Of a stretch of 64,000 nucleotides of DNA, positions 21,941-30,596 are shown in pieces; within the stretch, counting starts at the first letter, position 1, and each line of letters begins with the position of its first letter. This DNA is from Terriglobia bacterium (GTDB lineage: Bacteria > Acidobacteriota > Polarisedimenticolia > Polarisedimenticolales > JAIQFR01): the NCBI GenBank assembly GCA_963748015.1, contig CAVVHE010000009.1, positions 288,001-352,000 of the forward strand, given 5' to 3'. The notes under the pieces are model-generated. The model was not told where the DNA came from and did no database searches. It saw only the letters and a list, made by a program, of their open reading frames with translations. The position numbers were made by a program, and so were the translations under genes.

Positions 21941-23119
21941 TCACGGTTCCGGTCGTGCGCGGAGGCCGGGCGGCACCCCGATTCCGAGCATCCCGGCGAG
22001 GTCGCGGCACAGAGGGGAAGCCTTGATCTTCGCGAGCGCGCGGACCTCGATCTGGCGCACGCGCTCGCGGGACAGACGAAGCCGGCCGCCGATCTGCTCG
22101 AGTGTCCGCGCCGGGCTCCCTCCGATCCCGAAGCGCATCCGGATGATCTTTTTCTCGCGGGGATCGAGCTCCCGGAGGACCAAGTCGACGCGCTCGGCGA
22201 TCTGGTGCTGCGAGGCCTGATCGAACGGAGACGGAGTCCGCGAGTCGGGGATGAACCTGACCACGTCGTAGCCGCTCGGGTCACCGGCGCCGCCCTCGAG
22301 CGGCATCGGCTCCCGCACGACGGAGAGCGCATGATCGACGACGTGCACCGGCATCGCCAGGTGCTTCGCGATTTCGGGCGGCGTCGCCTTTCGTCCGAGG
22401 CGCTGGCCCAGCTCGCGCGCGGTGGACTCGACCTTGAGGATCCGGTGGTTGAGGTGCACGGGAATCCGGATCGTCCGCGACTTGTCCGTGATGGCCCGCT
22501 CGACCCCCTGCTTGATCCACCAGTACGCGTAAGTCGAGAACCTGTGGCCTCGCTCGTGCTCGAACTTCTCCACGGCCCGCAGCAGCCCGACGTTTCCCTC
22601 CTGGATGAGGTCCATGAAGGGCAATCGGCCCTGTTTGTAGTTCTTCGCGACGTGAACGACGAGGCGAAGGTTGGCGAGGATGAGGCCCTCCCGGGCGTCG
22701 TCCAGCGAGTTCTTGTGCGCCCGGACCTCCCCGAGCGCGGAGTCCGACGCCGGGTCGGGGCTCTGTGCGGCGTAGTGTTCGAGCTTTCGAAGAAACGCAT
22801 CGAGACCGATCAACGGCCACGCGGCGCCGAGCGCCGGGCCGGACTCGTCTCCAGCGAGGACGGACTCGCGGCAGCGCTCGGGCAGGGCCCGGGCCAAATT
22901 CGCGATTGCCAGCCGGGCGACCTGGAGTTGGCTCGCAAGCCGGTGTTCCTTCAGCTCGTCGAGCAGCGGCGTCGCTCCCATCTCCTCCAGGTAGCGCCGC
23001 AGCGTCGGCGCCGCCGTCTTCGTGCGCGCCGGTATCTCCCCGCGCCGAGTCGGACCGCGCTCGGGCGAGAGCCTCTCGCCGGGGGCGGCCAGCCGATACT
23101 GGGTTTGCTTCATGGGCAT
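21941..23119 (-). CDS. Sigma-70 family sigma factor, RpoD/RpoS-like, lacking region 1.1 (group-2-like)
   Basis: LRRYLEEMG (1.2), NLRLVVHVAKNY, DLIQEGNVGL, RFSTYAYWWIKQ, RTIRIPVH, RTLEQIG...SRERVRQIE. Confidence 0.92.
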   Translation of the reverse strand: MPMKQTQYRLAAPGERLSPERGPTRRGEIPARTKTAAPTLRRYLEEMGATPLLDELKEHRLASQLQVARLAIANLARALPERCRESVLAGDESGPALGAAWPLIGLDAFLRKLEHYAAQSPDPASDSALGEVRAHKNSLDDAREGLILANLRLVVHVAKNYKQGRLPFMDLIQEGNVGLLRAVEKFEHERGHRFSTYAYWWIKQGVERAITDKSRTIRIPVHLNHRILKVESTARELGQRLGRKATPPEIAKHLAMPVHVVDHALSVVREPMPLEGGAGDPSGYDVVRFIPDSRTPSPFDQASQHQIAERVDLVLRELDPREKKIIRMRFGIGGSPARTLEQIGGRLRLSRERVRQIEVRALAKIKASPLCRDLAGMLGIGVPPGLRARPEP

Positions 23120-23188
23120 TCGCTCCGCGACATGGTGATTCCTCGGCCCCCGTCGCGCTTGAACGGTACGCCGCGAACGCGAGGTAAC

Positions 23189-23208
23189 CCATGGGGTGTT
23201 TACCTACC
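23189..23208 (-). promoter_or_regulatory. Island operator box 6 (sigma gene promoter)
   Basis: ggtaggtaaacaccccatgg on the minus strand; TACCGT 22 nt after CCAT. Confidence 0.75.
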
Positions 23209-23262
23209 TCCGCCGGCCGGGCCGACAACCTCCTCCGTCGCGGTCCATCCGCGCGACGTTGT

Positions 23263-23282
23263 CCATGGGGTGTAACCCTGCC
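23263..23282 (-). promoter_or_regulatory. Island operator box 7 (auxiliary site between sigma and kaiC)
   Basis: ggcagggttacaccccatgg on the minus strand; no -10-like hexamer at the usual spacing. Confidence 0.7.
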
Positions 23283-23502
23283 GCAGCAGGAGAAGTCGGG
23301 GCCGTTCGCGTTGCATTTGTTGGTTCGCAACGGGTTCCCGGCGTTCGACGCCCGATCCAGAATTTCCGATCGTCCGGGGTCGGATCCGGACGTTCCTTTC
23401 GAGACCGGAGCCGATCCCGAGCTCGGCGCGCGAGCTGCAGAAACTGGCTCGGACACGAGAATGGCGTTACACTACGCCCAACGATGAAAGGACGACCCTT
23501 CT

Positions 23503-25260
23503 ATGAAGAGCAACGCTTCCAGCTCCACCTCTGCGAGAGCCCGCTTGCCCAAGTGTCCTACCGGCATTCAGGGCCTCGACGAGATCACGGGTGGAGGATT
23601 GCCGCGCGGGAGGCCCACACTGGTTTGCGGCGGCGCGGGCTGCGGCAAGACGCTGTTCGCTGCGGAGTTCCTCGTGCGCGGCGCCGCGCAGTTCGGCGAG
23701 CCGGGCGTGTTCATGTCGTTCGAGGAGACGGACGCGGAGCTGAAGAGCAACGTCGCGTCGCTCGGATTCGATCTTACGGGTCTGGTCCGGCGAAAGAGAA
23801 TGGTGCTCGACCACGTTCACATCGAACGCAGCGAGATTCAGGAGACCGGCGAGTACGACCTGGAAGGCCTGTTCGCTCGCTTGAATCACGCGATCGATTC
23901 CGTCGGCGCCCGCCGTGTGGTGCTGGACACCCTCGAGGCGCTGTTCGCCGGATTGCCCAACGAAGCCATCCTGCGCGCCGAGTTGCGCCGCCTCTTCCGC
24001 TGGCTGAAGGACAAGGGCGTGACGGCCGTCATCACGGCCGAATCCGGGCGAGACCAGCTGACGCGCCACGGGCTGGAAGAATACGTCTCGGACTGCGTCA
24101 TCGTCCTCGATCATCGGGTCAACGACCAGATCGCCACCCGGCATCTGCGGGTCGTCAAGTACCGCGGCGCGCTGCACGGCACGAACGAGTTTCCCTTCCT
24201 CATCGGCGACGACGGCCTCAGCGTGTTGCCCATCACGTCGGCGGGGCTCAATCACAAGGTGTCCAACGGGCGGATTTCCACCGGCATCCCGCGGCTCGAC
24301 GGGATGCTGGGCGGGCGGGGGTACTTCCGCGGCAGCAGCATCCTGCTCACGGGAACCCCAGGCACGGGTAAGACCAGCGTCGCCGCGTTTTTCGCCCAGG
24401 ACGCAGCCCGTCGCGGGGATCGCGTGCTCTTCTTCACTTTCGAGGAGTCGCCCAACCAGATCGTTCGCAATATGCGTTCCATCAAGTTGCGCCTGGAGCC
24501 GTTGGTCGAGAGCGGTCGGCTGCGGTTTCACGCGGCGCGGCCCACGCTCTGCGGCCTGGAGATGCACCTGGCCACCATGTTTAAGGAGATCGCCGCGTTT
24601 CGACCGGCCGTCGTCATCGTGGACCCGATCACGAGCCTGCTGGCCGCGGGCACCGACCACGAGACCAAGGGGATGGTGACGCGGCTCATCGATTACTTGA
24701 AGTGCGAGCAAATTACCTCGCTCTTCACGAGCTTGACGCACGGCGGCCACGCGCTGCAGCAGAGCGAAATCGCCATGTCCTCGCTCATGGACTCCTGGCT
24801 GCTGCTGCAGGACTTCGAGGGCAACGGCGAGCGCAATCGCGTGCTCTACGTGCTCAAGGCGCGAGGAATGGCGCACTCGAACCAGATCCGCGAGTACATG
24901 ATTTCGGATCGTGGCATCGACCTCGTGGACGCCTACATCGGACCCAGCGGCGTCTTGACCGGCTCGTCCCGCGTCGCGCAAGCCGCCCGCGAAGAAGCCG
25001 ATACTCTGTCCGGCCAGCAGGAAGCCGCCCGGCGCAAGCGCGGATTGGAACGTAAGCTCGCGGCGATCGAACAGCAGATCGCCGGGCTGCGCTCCGAGTA
25101 CGAAACCGAGGAATCGGAGCTGAGGCGCATGGACGAGCAGGCGGGGACGCGGCAGCGCGTGCTGATCGCCGACCGGTCCGAATTGGCCCACTCGCGCCAC
25201 GCGGATAGGGCCAAGGCGGCGGGGCGGGCGCCGGGCCGACCCAAGGAGAATCGCCGATGA
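23503..25260 (+). CDS. kaiC: Circadian clock ATPase/kinase KaiC with a C-terminal coiled-coil extension
   Basis: Two RecA domains: GGAGCGKT and EEYVSD (CI); GTPGTGKT and TFEES (CII); phosphosite region [21 protein letters not shown]. Confidence 0.95.
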   Translation: MKSNASSSTSARARLPKCPTGIQGLDEITGGGLPRGRPTLVCGGAGCGKTLFAAEFLVRGAAQFGEPGVFMSFEETDAELKSNVASLGFDLTGLVRRKRMVLDHVHIERSEIQETGEYDLEGLFARLNHAIDSVGARRVVLDTLEALFAGLPNEAILRAELRRLFRWLKDKGVTAVITAESGRDQLTRHGLEEYVSDCVIVLDHRVNDQIATRHLRVVKYRGALHGTNEFPFLIGDDGLSVLPITSAGLNHKVSNGRISTGIPRLDGMLGGRGYFRGSSILLTGTPGTGKTSVAAFFAQDAARRGDRVLFFTFEESPNQIVRNMRSIKLRLEPLVESGRLRFHAARPTLCGLEMHLATMFKEIAAFRPAVVIVDPITSLLAAGTDHETKGMVTRLIDYLKCEQITSLFTSLTHGGHALQQSEIAMSSLMDSWLLLQDFEGNGERNRVLYVLKARGMAHSNQIREYMISDRGIDLVDAYIGPSGVLTGSSRVAQAAREEADTLSGQQEAARRKRGLERKLAAIEQQIAGLRSEYETEESELRRMDEQAGTRQRVLIADRSELAHSRHADRAKAAGRAPGRPKENRR

Positions 25261-25607
25261 CGGAAACCGGAACGGTCAAACGACGGGCGTCCGGCTCCCG
25301 CCGCCGGCCCGCCAAGCTCTGGGAACTGCGCCTCTACGTGGCCGGGCAGACGCCCAAGTCTCTGGCGGCGCTGGCGAACTTGAAGAAGATCTGCGAGCGC
25401 CACCTCGACGGCCGCTATCGCATCGAGGTGATCGACTTGGTGGAGCGGCCGCAGCTCGCCAGAGGCGACCAGATCCTGGCCATTCCCACGCTGGTGCGCA
25501 AGTTGCCGCAACCCGTGCGGAAGATCATCGGCGACCTGTCCGACACCGATCGCGTGCTGGTCGGCTTGGACTTGCGCCCCGCCGATGCACCGGGACGTGC
25601 ACATTGA
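25257..25607 (+). CDS. kaiB: KaiB
   Basis: [38 protein letters not shown] overlap with kaiC. Confidence 0.95.
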   Translation: MTETGTVKRRASGSRRRPAKLWELRLYVAGQTPKSLAALANLKKICERHLDGRYRIEVIDLVERPQLARGDQILAIPTLVRKLPQPVRKIIGDLSDTDRVLVGLDLRPADAPGRAH

Positions 25608-25957
25608 AAACGGCCAAGAGCGGTCGTGCGACCCGGGCCTTCGAAAAGACCCTCGCCTCCGGGCGAACGGACAAGTACGTCCTGCGACTCTACGTGGCGG
25701 GGGCCAGCGACCGATCGCGTCGAGCGGTCCTGCGCGTCCGGCAAATGTGCGATGCCGAGGTGAAGGGCCACTGCGAGCTCGAAGTGATCGACGTCTATCA
25801 GCAGCCGCTCTTGGCGCGCGACGGCCAGATCGTCGCGACCCCGACGCTCGTCAGGGAGCTCCCGCGGCCGGTGAGGCGGTTCATCGGCGACCTGGCGAAC
25901 ACGACCGGTCTGTTCGTCGGGATGGACTTGGATACGCGAGGTAAGGCGAGGAAATGA
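25604..25957 (+). CDS. kaiB: Second KaiB paralog
   Basis: [37 protein letters not shown] start overlapping the upstream stop. Confidence 0.9.
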   Translation: MKTAKSGRATRAFEKTLASGRTDKYVLRLYVAGASDRSRRAVLRVRQMCDAEVKGHCELEVIDVYQQPLLARDGQIVATPTLVRELPRPVRRFIGDLANTTGLFVGMDLDTRGKARK

Positions 25958-27165
25958 AGCGCGCCGGGCGTCGAACCTCCTCGAGCCGGGTACCGTCCCG
26001 CGAGCTCGCCGAGCTTCGCGCCCGTCTGGCCGAAGCGGAGGGAACGCTTCACGCTATTCGCGCCGGCGAGGTGGATGCGGTGGTGGTTTCGGGCAAACGA
26101 GGCGCCCAGGTGTTCACGCTGGAAGGCGCCGAGACCGCCTACCGCGTTCTCATCGAATCCATGAACGAAGGGGCGCTGACGCTTGCGGCCGACGGCACCG
26201 TTCTGTACGCCAACCTGTGCTTCGCGAGGTTGGTCCGTTACCCGCTGGCGCAGGTGACCGGCAGCCCCCTTCGCCGCTTTCTCTCCCCGGAGGACGCGGG
26301 AGCGCTCCGGCCGCTCCTGAAGCGGGCCGGCAAGTCCGGCTCCAAGGCCCAGGTGCAACTCCATGCCGGCGACGGTTCGCGGGTGCCGGCGCAGATCTCC
26401 GTTCGTCGGCTGGCGCGAAACGGGTCCGGCGAACCGGCCATCGGAATGGTGGTGACGGACATGACGGAGACCCGGCGCAACGAGGAGGCGCTGCGGGCGC
26501 TGACCCGCCGCGTGGTGGGAGTCCAGGAAGCCGAGCGCGGGCGCGTGGCGCGCGAGCTGCACGACCACATCACGCAGCTTCTCTGCGCCATCGCTTTTCG
26601 GTGCCAGGCGCTGGCGGACAAACTGACGGCGGGCGACGGGTCCTCGAAGGGAGAGGCGACGAGGCTCCGGGGGATGCTCGGCGAAGCCGCCGACGAAGTG
26701 GAGCGCATCTCGCGGAACCTGCGGCCCAGCGTACTGGACGAACTCGGTCTGGTCGACGCACTGCGTGCCACCGCAGCGGAGTTCGCGAAACGGACGGGCG
26801 TGTCCGTCAGGCTGGCTTGCACGAAATTGAACGGGCGGCTGCCTGCCGACACCGAGCTCACGCTCTACCGCATCCACCAGTCGGCCTGGGAAAACGTGGA
26901 ACGACACGCTCGCGCTCGTCACGTCACCGTGCGCCTGAGCCTTCAGGCCACCTTCGTTCGATTGGTCATTCGTGACGACGGGATCGGCTTCGACACGGAT
27001 CGGTACCCGGCCGGACGGAAAGGGAGGACCGCCCTCGGTCTCCTCGGCATGCGCGAGCGAGCGACCTACGTGGGCGGCACCCTCGAGGTCGAGTCCACTC
27101 GCCGTGGCGGCACGACGATCGCGGTGCGTATTCCGCTGTCGCGAGGCGCCGCCGCGGCCAGCTGA
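25954..27165 (+). CDS. Soluble PAS-domain HisKA_3 (NarX/UhpB-type) histidine kinase
   Basis: PAS (IESMNEGALTL...YAN); QEAERGRVARELHD; LRPSVLDELGL; NVERHA; DDGIGFD; GLLGMRER. Confidence 0.92.
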   Translation: MKRAGRRTSSSRVPSRELAELRARLAEAEGTLHAIRAGEVDAVVVSGKRGAQVFTLEGAETAYRVLIESMNEGALTLAADGTVLYANLCFARLVRYPLAQVTGSPLRRFLSPEDAGALRPLLKRAGKSGSKAQVQLHAGDGSRVPAQISVRRLARNGSGEPAIGMVVTDMTETRRNEEALRALTRRVVGVQEAERGRVARELHDHITQLLCAIAFRCQALADKLTAGDGSSKGEATRLRGMLGEAADEVERISRNLRPSVLDELGLVDALRATAAEFAKRTGVSVRLACTKLNGRLPADTELTLYRIHQSAWENVERHARARHVTVRLSLQATFVRLVIRDDGIGFDTDRYPAGRKGRTALGLLGMRERATYVGGTLEVESTRRGGTTIAVRIPLSRGAAAAS

Positions 27166-27313
27166 ACCCTCTCGAAAGCCCCGTTACCATCCTGCCGGCC
27201 GGATCCCGCACATCCGCAAGCCGGTACGTCACGCCGGCGCGCGGGCGTCCGTCCGGCCTGGCGCGGGAAGCGGCACGCCGCCCGATCCCGGTCCCGGTTG
27301 GGAGGAGGTCCGC

Positions 27314-27568
27314 ATGGGGGCCTTCCTGGCCGATCCCAAGGCCGAGGACCAGGTGCAGCGGACTTACGAGATCGAGGTCACGAACTTGGTGAGAGAGGCG
27401 CTCGTGGGCCTGGACGAGCGCGAGCGCGTCCGGCAACTCGAGTACAAGGCCAAGAACACGCTACGAGCGAAGCTGAACTCCCTCCGGGCTTCCCTGGGGA
27501 GGCGGTCGGTAGGCCAGGAGTTCTCGCCGGGCAGTTCGCCGAAACAGAGGGGCTTCCTCCGGACGTAG
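27314..27568 (+). pseudogene. Sigma-70 region 3/4 remnant with the helix-turn-helix segment deleted
   Basis: GAFLAD...EALVGLDERE joined directly to RVRQLEYKAKNTLR; GGAGG upstream. Confidence 0.55.
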
Positions 27569-27589
27569 CCGATACCGCGACCGCTCCGG

Positions 27590-28027
27590 TTATTTGCGCC
27601 AGATGGGACTCGTCAGCTGAATCCGCCAGACCGGCCCCCTCAAGAAGAGCGGCCCCTCGAACCTCACGAACGCCGGCACTTCGTCGATGACGATCCAGAC
27701 GTGCTCGTCCGGCGGGGTGCGCCCGAGCAAGGTGGTGAAGAAACTGAGCCACATCCCGAGCTTGGGCTTGAGCACGTAGTGGACCGCGGTCTTCTCGAGC
27801 GTGCCGACGACTAACGTCTCCTGCCCGCCCTTGCGGTTCTTGGTCTACCCGCGGTACCTGCTCGTCGCCCGCTCCAGCGAGATCTCGATGTCCTCGAGGA
27901 ACGAGGGCCCCCGCTGCATCAAACGGCAGCTCTGCAAGGTGAAGACACCCTGCTCGGTGAATACCACGGTCTCGTCGTCTTTTCCACCACGCCTTCCTTC
28001 CGCACGCCCGGTACGCAACCGGCTCAC
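27590..28027 (-). pseudogene. Fragmented hypothetical gene
   Basis: Two out-of-frame protein-like pieces (DETVVFTEQGVFTLQS...ISLERAT and KPKLG...PAFVRFEGPLF...WRIQLTSP) behind box 8. Confidence 0.5.
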
Positions 28028-28129
28028 GCCTCATCGCGCAGCTGCGCCTTCGCCGTTCCGGAAACCGCCTCGACGACTCGCGCTTCCCGGCCGGTACGAA
28101 TCGAGGGTACGGCGGAAGACAATCCGCTG

Positions 28130-28151
28130 CGATGGGGTGTCTACCCCATGG
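28130..28151 (-). promoter_or_regulatory. Island operator box 8
   Basis: ATGGGGT-AGAC-ACCCCAT on the minus strand; TACCCT 22 nt after CCAT. Confidence 0.7.
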
Positions 28152-28242
28152 GTCGCGGCGCGGCTCCCCGGCTCCTCGCCTTGAAGCGGCGAGACCCCGG
28201 GCGGGGCCGATCCCCGCGGAATGGGAAGGACCGTGGGAATGA

Positions 28243-28911
28243 CTAGTCGATCGTGAACCGGACGCTGCTCTCGATGATCCCCGCGTTGATGGCGTAGCGG
28301 GTGAGGCCCGCGGTGTCGTGGATGCCCAGCTTGCTCATGAGGTGCTGCCGGTGCTTTTCGACCGTCTTGATGCTGATGCCGAGCTCGGCCGCCGATTGCT
28401 TGTTGGCCATTCCTTCCGCGATCAACTGGAGTATCTCGATCTCGCGCGAGGTCAGGCGGGCGATCTTGGCCTTGCCTTTCCCGAAAGAACGTTCCCGTCG
28501 ACCTTCGATCTCCCGAGAGATGGAGGGGCTGAAGAAGGCGTTCCCTTTTGACACTTCCCGAATCGCCTTGGCGAGCACGAGGGCGGAGGTCTGCTTGATC
28601 AGATACCCCGCCGCGCCGAACTCGATCGCCTGCTCCACGTAGGCGTCATCGCCGTGCGCGGAGAGGATGACGATCCTGGTGGCCGGCTGCTCCTTGAGAA
28701 TTTGCCGGGTGGCTTCCAAGCCGTTGAGCAGCGGCATCGCCAAGTCCATGACGACCACCGCCGGAAGAAGATCCTTGGTCAATTGCACGGCTTGGCGACC
28801 GGTCTGCGCTTCGCCAACCACCTGGATGTCGCTTTCCATCTGCAGTAACGTCCGCAGCCCCTCTCGGACGACGTTGTGGTCATCGGCCAGAAGCACGGTG
28901 ATCGGCTTCAT
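28243..28911 (-). CDS. NarL/FixJ-family response regulator (REC + LuxR-type HTH)
   Basis: VLLADDH, MDLAMPLLNG, GYLIK; LTSREIEILQLIAEG..NK..A.ELGISIKTVEKHR. Confidence 0.95.
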   Translation of the reverse strand: MKPITVLLADDHNVVREGLRTLLQMESDIQVVGEAQTGRQAVQLTKDLLPAVVVMDLAMPLLNGLEATRQILKEQPATRIVILSAHGDDAYVEQAIEFGAAGYLIKQTSALVLAKAIREVSKGNAFFSPSISREIEGRRERSFGKGKAKIARLTSREIEILQLIAEGMANKQSAAELGISIKTVEKHRQHLMSKLGIHDTAGLTRYAINAGIIESSVRFTID

Positions 28912-30083
28912 TTCACCGCCTCGACGGGAGCGCGCGACACCGCGCCGCGACCGTTACCGAACGGAACCTGCACAAGGATGGTCGTGCCTCGGCCCGGCTC
29001 GGACTCGACGTTGAATTCGCCACCAACCATCTCGACACGCTCTCGCATGCCGATCAGCCCCAATCGCCCGGACCTCCTGGCAGCCAGCACGCGCGCTATC
29101 TGAAACGACTTGCCGTTGTCGTGGATTTCCAGATGAACGACGTCCCGGAGTCTCCGGATGCTGACCGTCACCAAGCTCGCTTCCGCGTGCTTTTCGACAT
29201 TGGTGAACGCTTCCTGGATGACGCGAAAAAGCACCGTTCGCTTGTCGCTGCTCAGCTGTTCTATCGCGGCGATCGTCTTGAAGTGAACGCCGATGAGGGT
29301 CCGCTTCGTGAACGCCTTCGCGTAGGAATGGAGGGCGGGATTGAGCCCCAGGTCGTCCAGAAGCGGCGGACGCAATTCCTGCGCGAACCGATGCACCGTG
29401 TTCATCGACCGCTCCACGAGCCGTTGGGTGCTGGCGATTTTCCTCGTGAGGCCCGTGGTGTTGACCGTGGCCTCCTTCCTCAATGTCGCGAGCTTGACGT
29501 TGATGGCCGTCAAGATCTGGCCGATCTCGTCGTGGAGCTCGCGGCTGATCTTCTTTCGCTCTTCCTCCTGCGAGGACAGAAGCTCGTGGGAAAGACGCCT
29601 CAGGTGCTCCTGCATGCGATGGGACCTCTCGAGCAGCTCGCCGTAGTGTCGCTGGCTTTGCTTGAGGGCGGTCTGCGCGGCCACGCGGCTCGCGATTTCG
29701 CGTTTCATTTTCCGGACGGAGGCGTCCAACGCCTCGGCCCGCCGGCGCATCTCCAGGTTCAGTTGATTCAAGCGGATGCCGGCTCTCAGCGCGCTGCGAT
29801 GGCCGTTGCCGACCGGCGTGAGGGCCTTGGCGAAAAAGCGCGCCGCACGCTTGAGATTCTCGTCGTTGCTTCTGGATGAGGGGCCCGGAGGCAACAGCCG
29901 GATCACCGCTTGTTCGTGGATCCTGATCAAGTCCAACGTGTCCAACCCGATCGCCAGGGCCTGCTGTCCGAGGTTCTCGGCCGGCCGCAAGCTCTCCCCC
30001 GGCTCCTGCTCCAGCTGTTTTCGCAGCGCCGCGACATATCGTCGCGACAAGCCGCTCGAGCTGCCTTTGGATCTGGTAGCCAT
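28908..30083 (-). CDS. Soluble HisKA_3 histidine kinase with an RsbU_N-like N-terminal domain
   Basis: QEEERKKISRELHDEIGQ, LRPPLLDDLGL, NVEKHA, DNGKSF, GLIGMRER; N-terminus YVAALRKQL...AENLGQQAL..GLDTLDLIRIHEQA resembles RsbU_N. Confidence 0.9.
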   Translation of the reverse strand: MATRSKGSSSGLSRRYVAALRKQLEQEPGESLRPAENLGQQALAIGLDTLDLIRIHEQAVIRLLPPGPSSRSNDENLKRAARFFAKALTPVGNGHRSALRAGIRLNQLNLEMRRRAEALDASVRKMKREIASRVAAQTALKQSQRHYGELLERSHRMQEHLRRLSHELLSSQEEERKKISRELHDEIGQILTAINVKLATLRKEATVNTTGLTRKIASTQRLVERSMNTVHRFAQELRPPLLDDLGLNPALHSYAKAFTKRTLIGVHFKTIAAIEQLSSDKRTVLFRVIQEAFTNVEKHAEASLVTVSIRRLRDVVHLEIHDNGKSFQIARVLAARRSGRLGLIGMRERVEMVGGEFNVESEPGRGTTILVQVPFGNGRGAVSRAPVEAVK

Positions 30084-30186
30084 GCGCCACCTCGATGGGT
30101 GCGACTCGTGCGCGACCTCTCTCCGGGCGTGCCGCCGGACGACACACCGTGCTCGATGTCATTGTCACGCGGCGGCCTCGATCTGT

Positions 30187-30206
30187 CCATGGGGTAAAAC
30201 CCTACC
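30187..30206 (-). promoter_or_regulatory. Island operator box 9 (HK-RR operon promoter)
   Basis: ggtagggttttaccccatgg on the minus strand; GACAAT 22 nt after CCAT. Confidence 0.8.
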
Positions 30207-30267
30207 GGCCCGGGTGGCCCGCCGGACGGGGATACCGTGCCCGGAACGCACACGTCCTGCGGTCCCC

Positions 30268-30287
30268 GGTAGGGATACACCCCATCG
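30268..30287 (+). promoter_or_regulatory. Island operator box 10
   Basis: ggtagggatacaccccatcg; TAACGT 22 nt after CCAT. Confidence 0.8.
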
Positions 30288-30344
30288 CAGCGCGCCGGCG
30301 CGCGGCGTAACGTGAACAACGAAACGGAAAGAAAGGAGACGACC

Positions 30345-30497
30345 ATGTTGTGGACGATTGCGGTGGTTCTGGGGATTCTGTGGCTCCTGGGGCTAGTGTC
30401 CAGCTACACGATGGGTGGGTTCATCCACATCCTGCTGGCGCTCGCGATCATCACGGTGCTGATCAGGGTCATCCAGGGACGGCGCGTGCTGTCGTAG
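30345..30497 (+). CDS. Lmo0937-family small membrane protein
   Basis: MLWTIAVVL.ILWLLG...GGFIHILL...LIRVIQGRR; AAGGAG RBS. Confidence 0.88.
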   Translation: MLWTIAVVLGILWLLGLVSSYTMGGFIHILLALAIITVLIRVIQGRRVLS

Positions 30498-30596
30498 TCG
30501 GCCGTCTGTCGCGCCTCGAGCCTTCGAGGGCGCGATGAGGCCGAAGAGACAGTCCGCCATCGTATCGATCATGTCGCGTAATCTGGAGGTGTTGCC

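Noticed and set aside
23503..25957. A true self-sustained circadian clock
   Set aside because: kaiA is absent from the window and sequence alone cannot show oscillation; only a KaiBC-type module is supported
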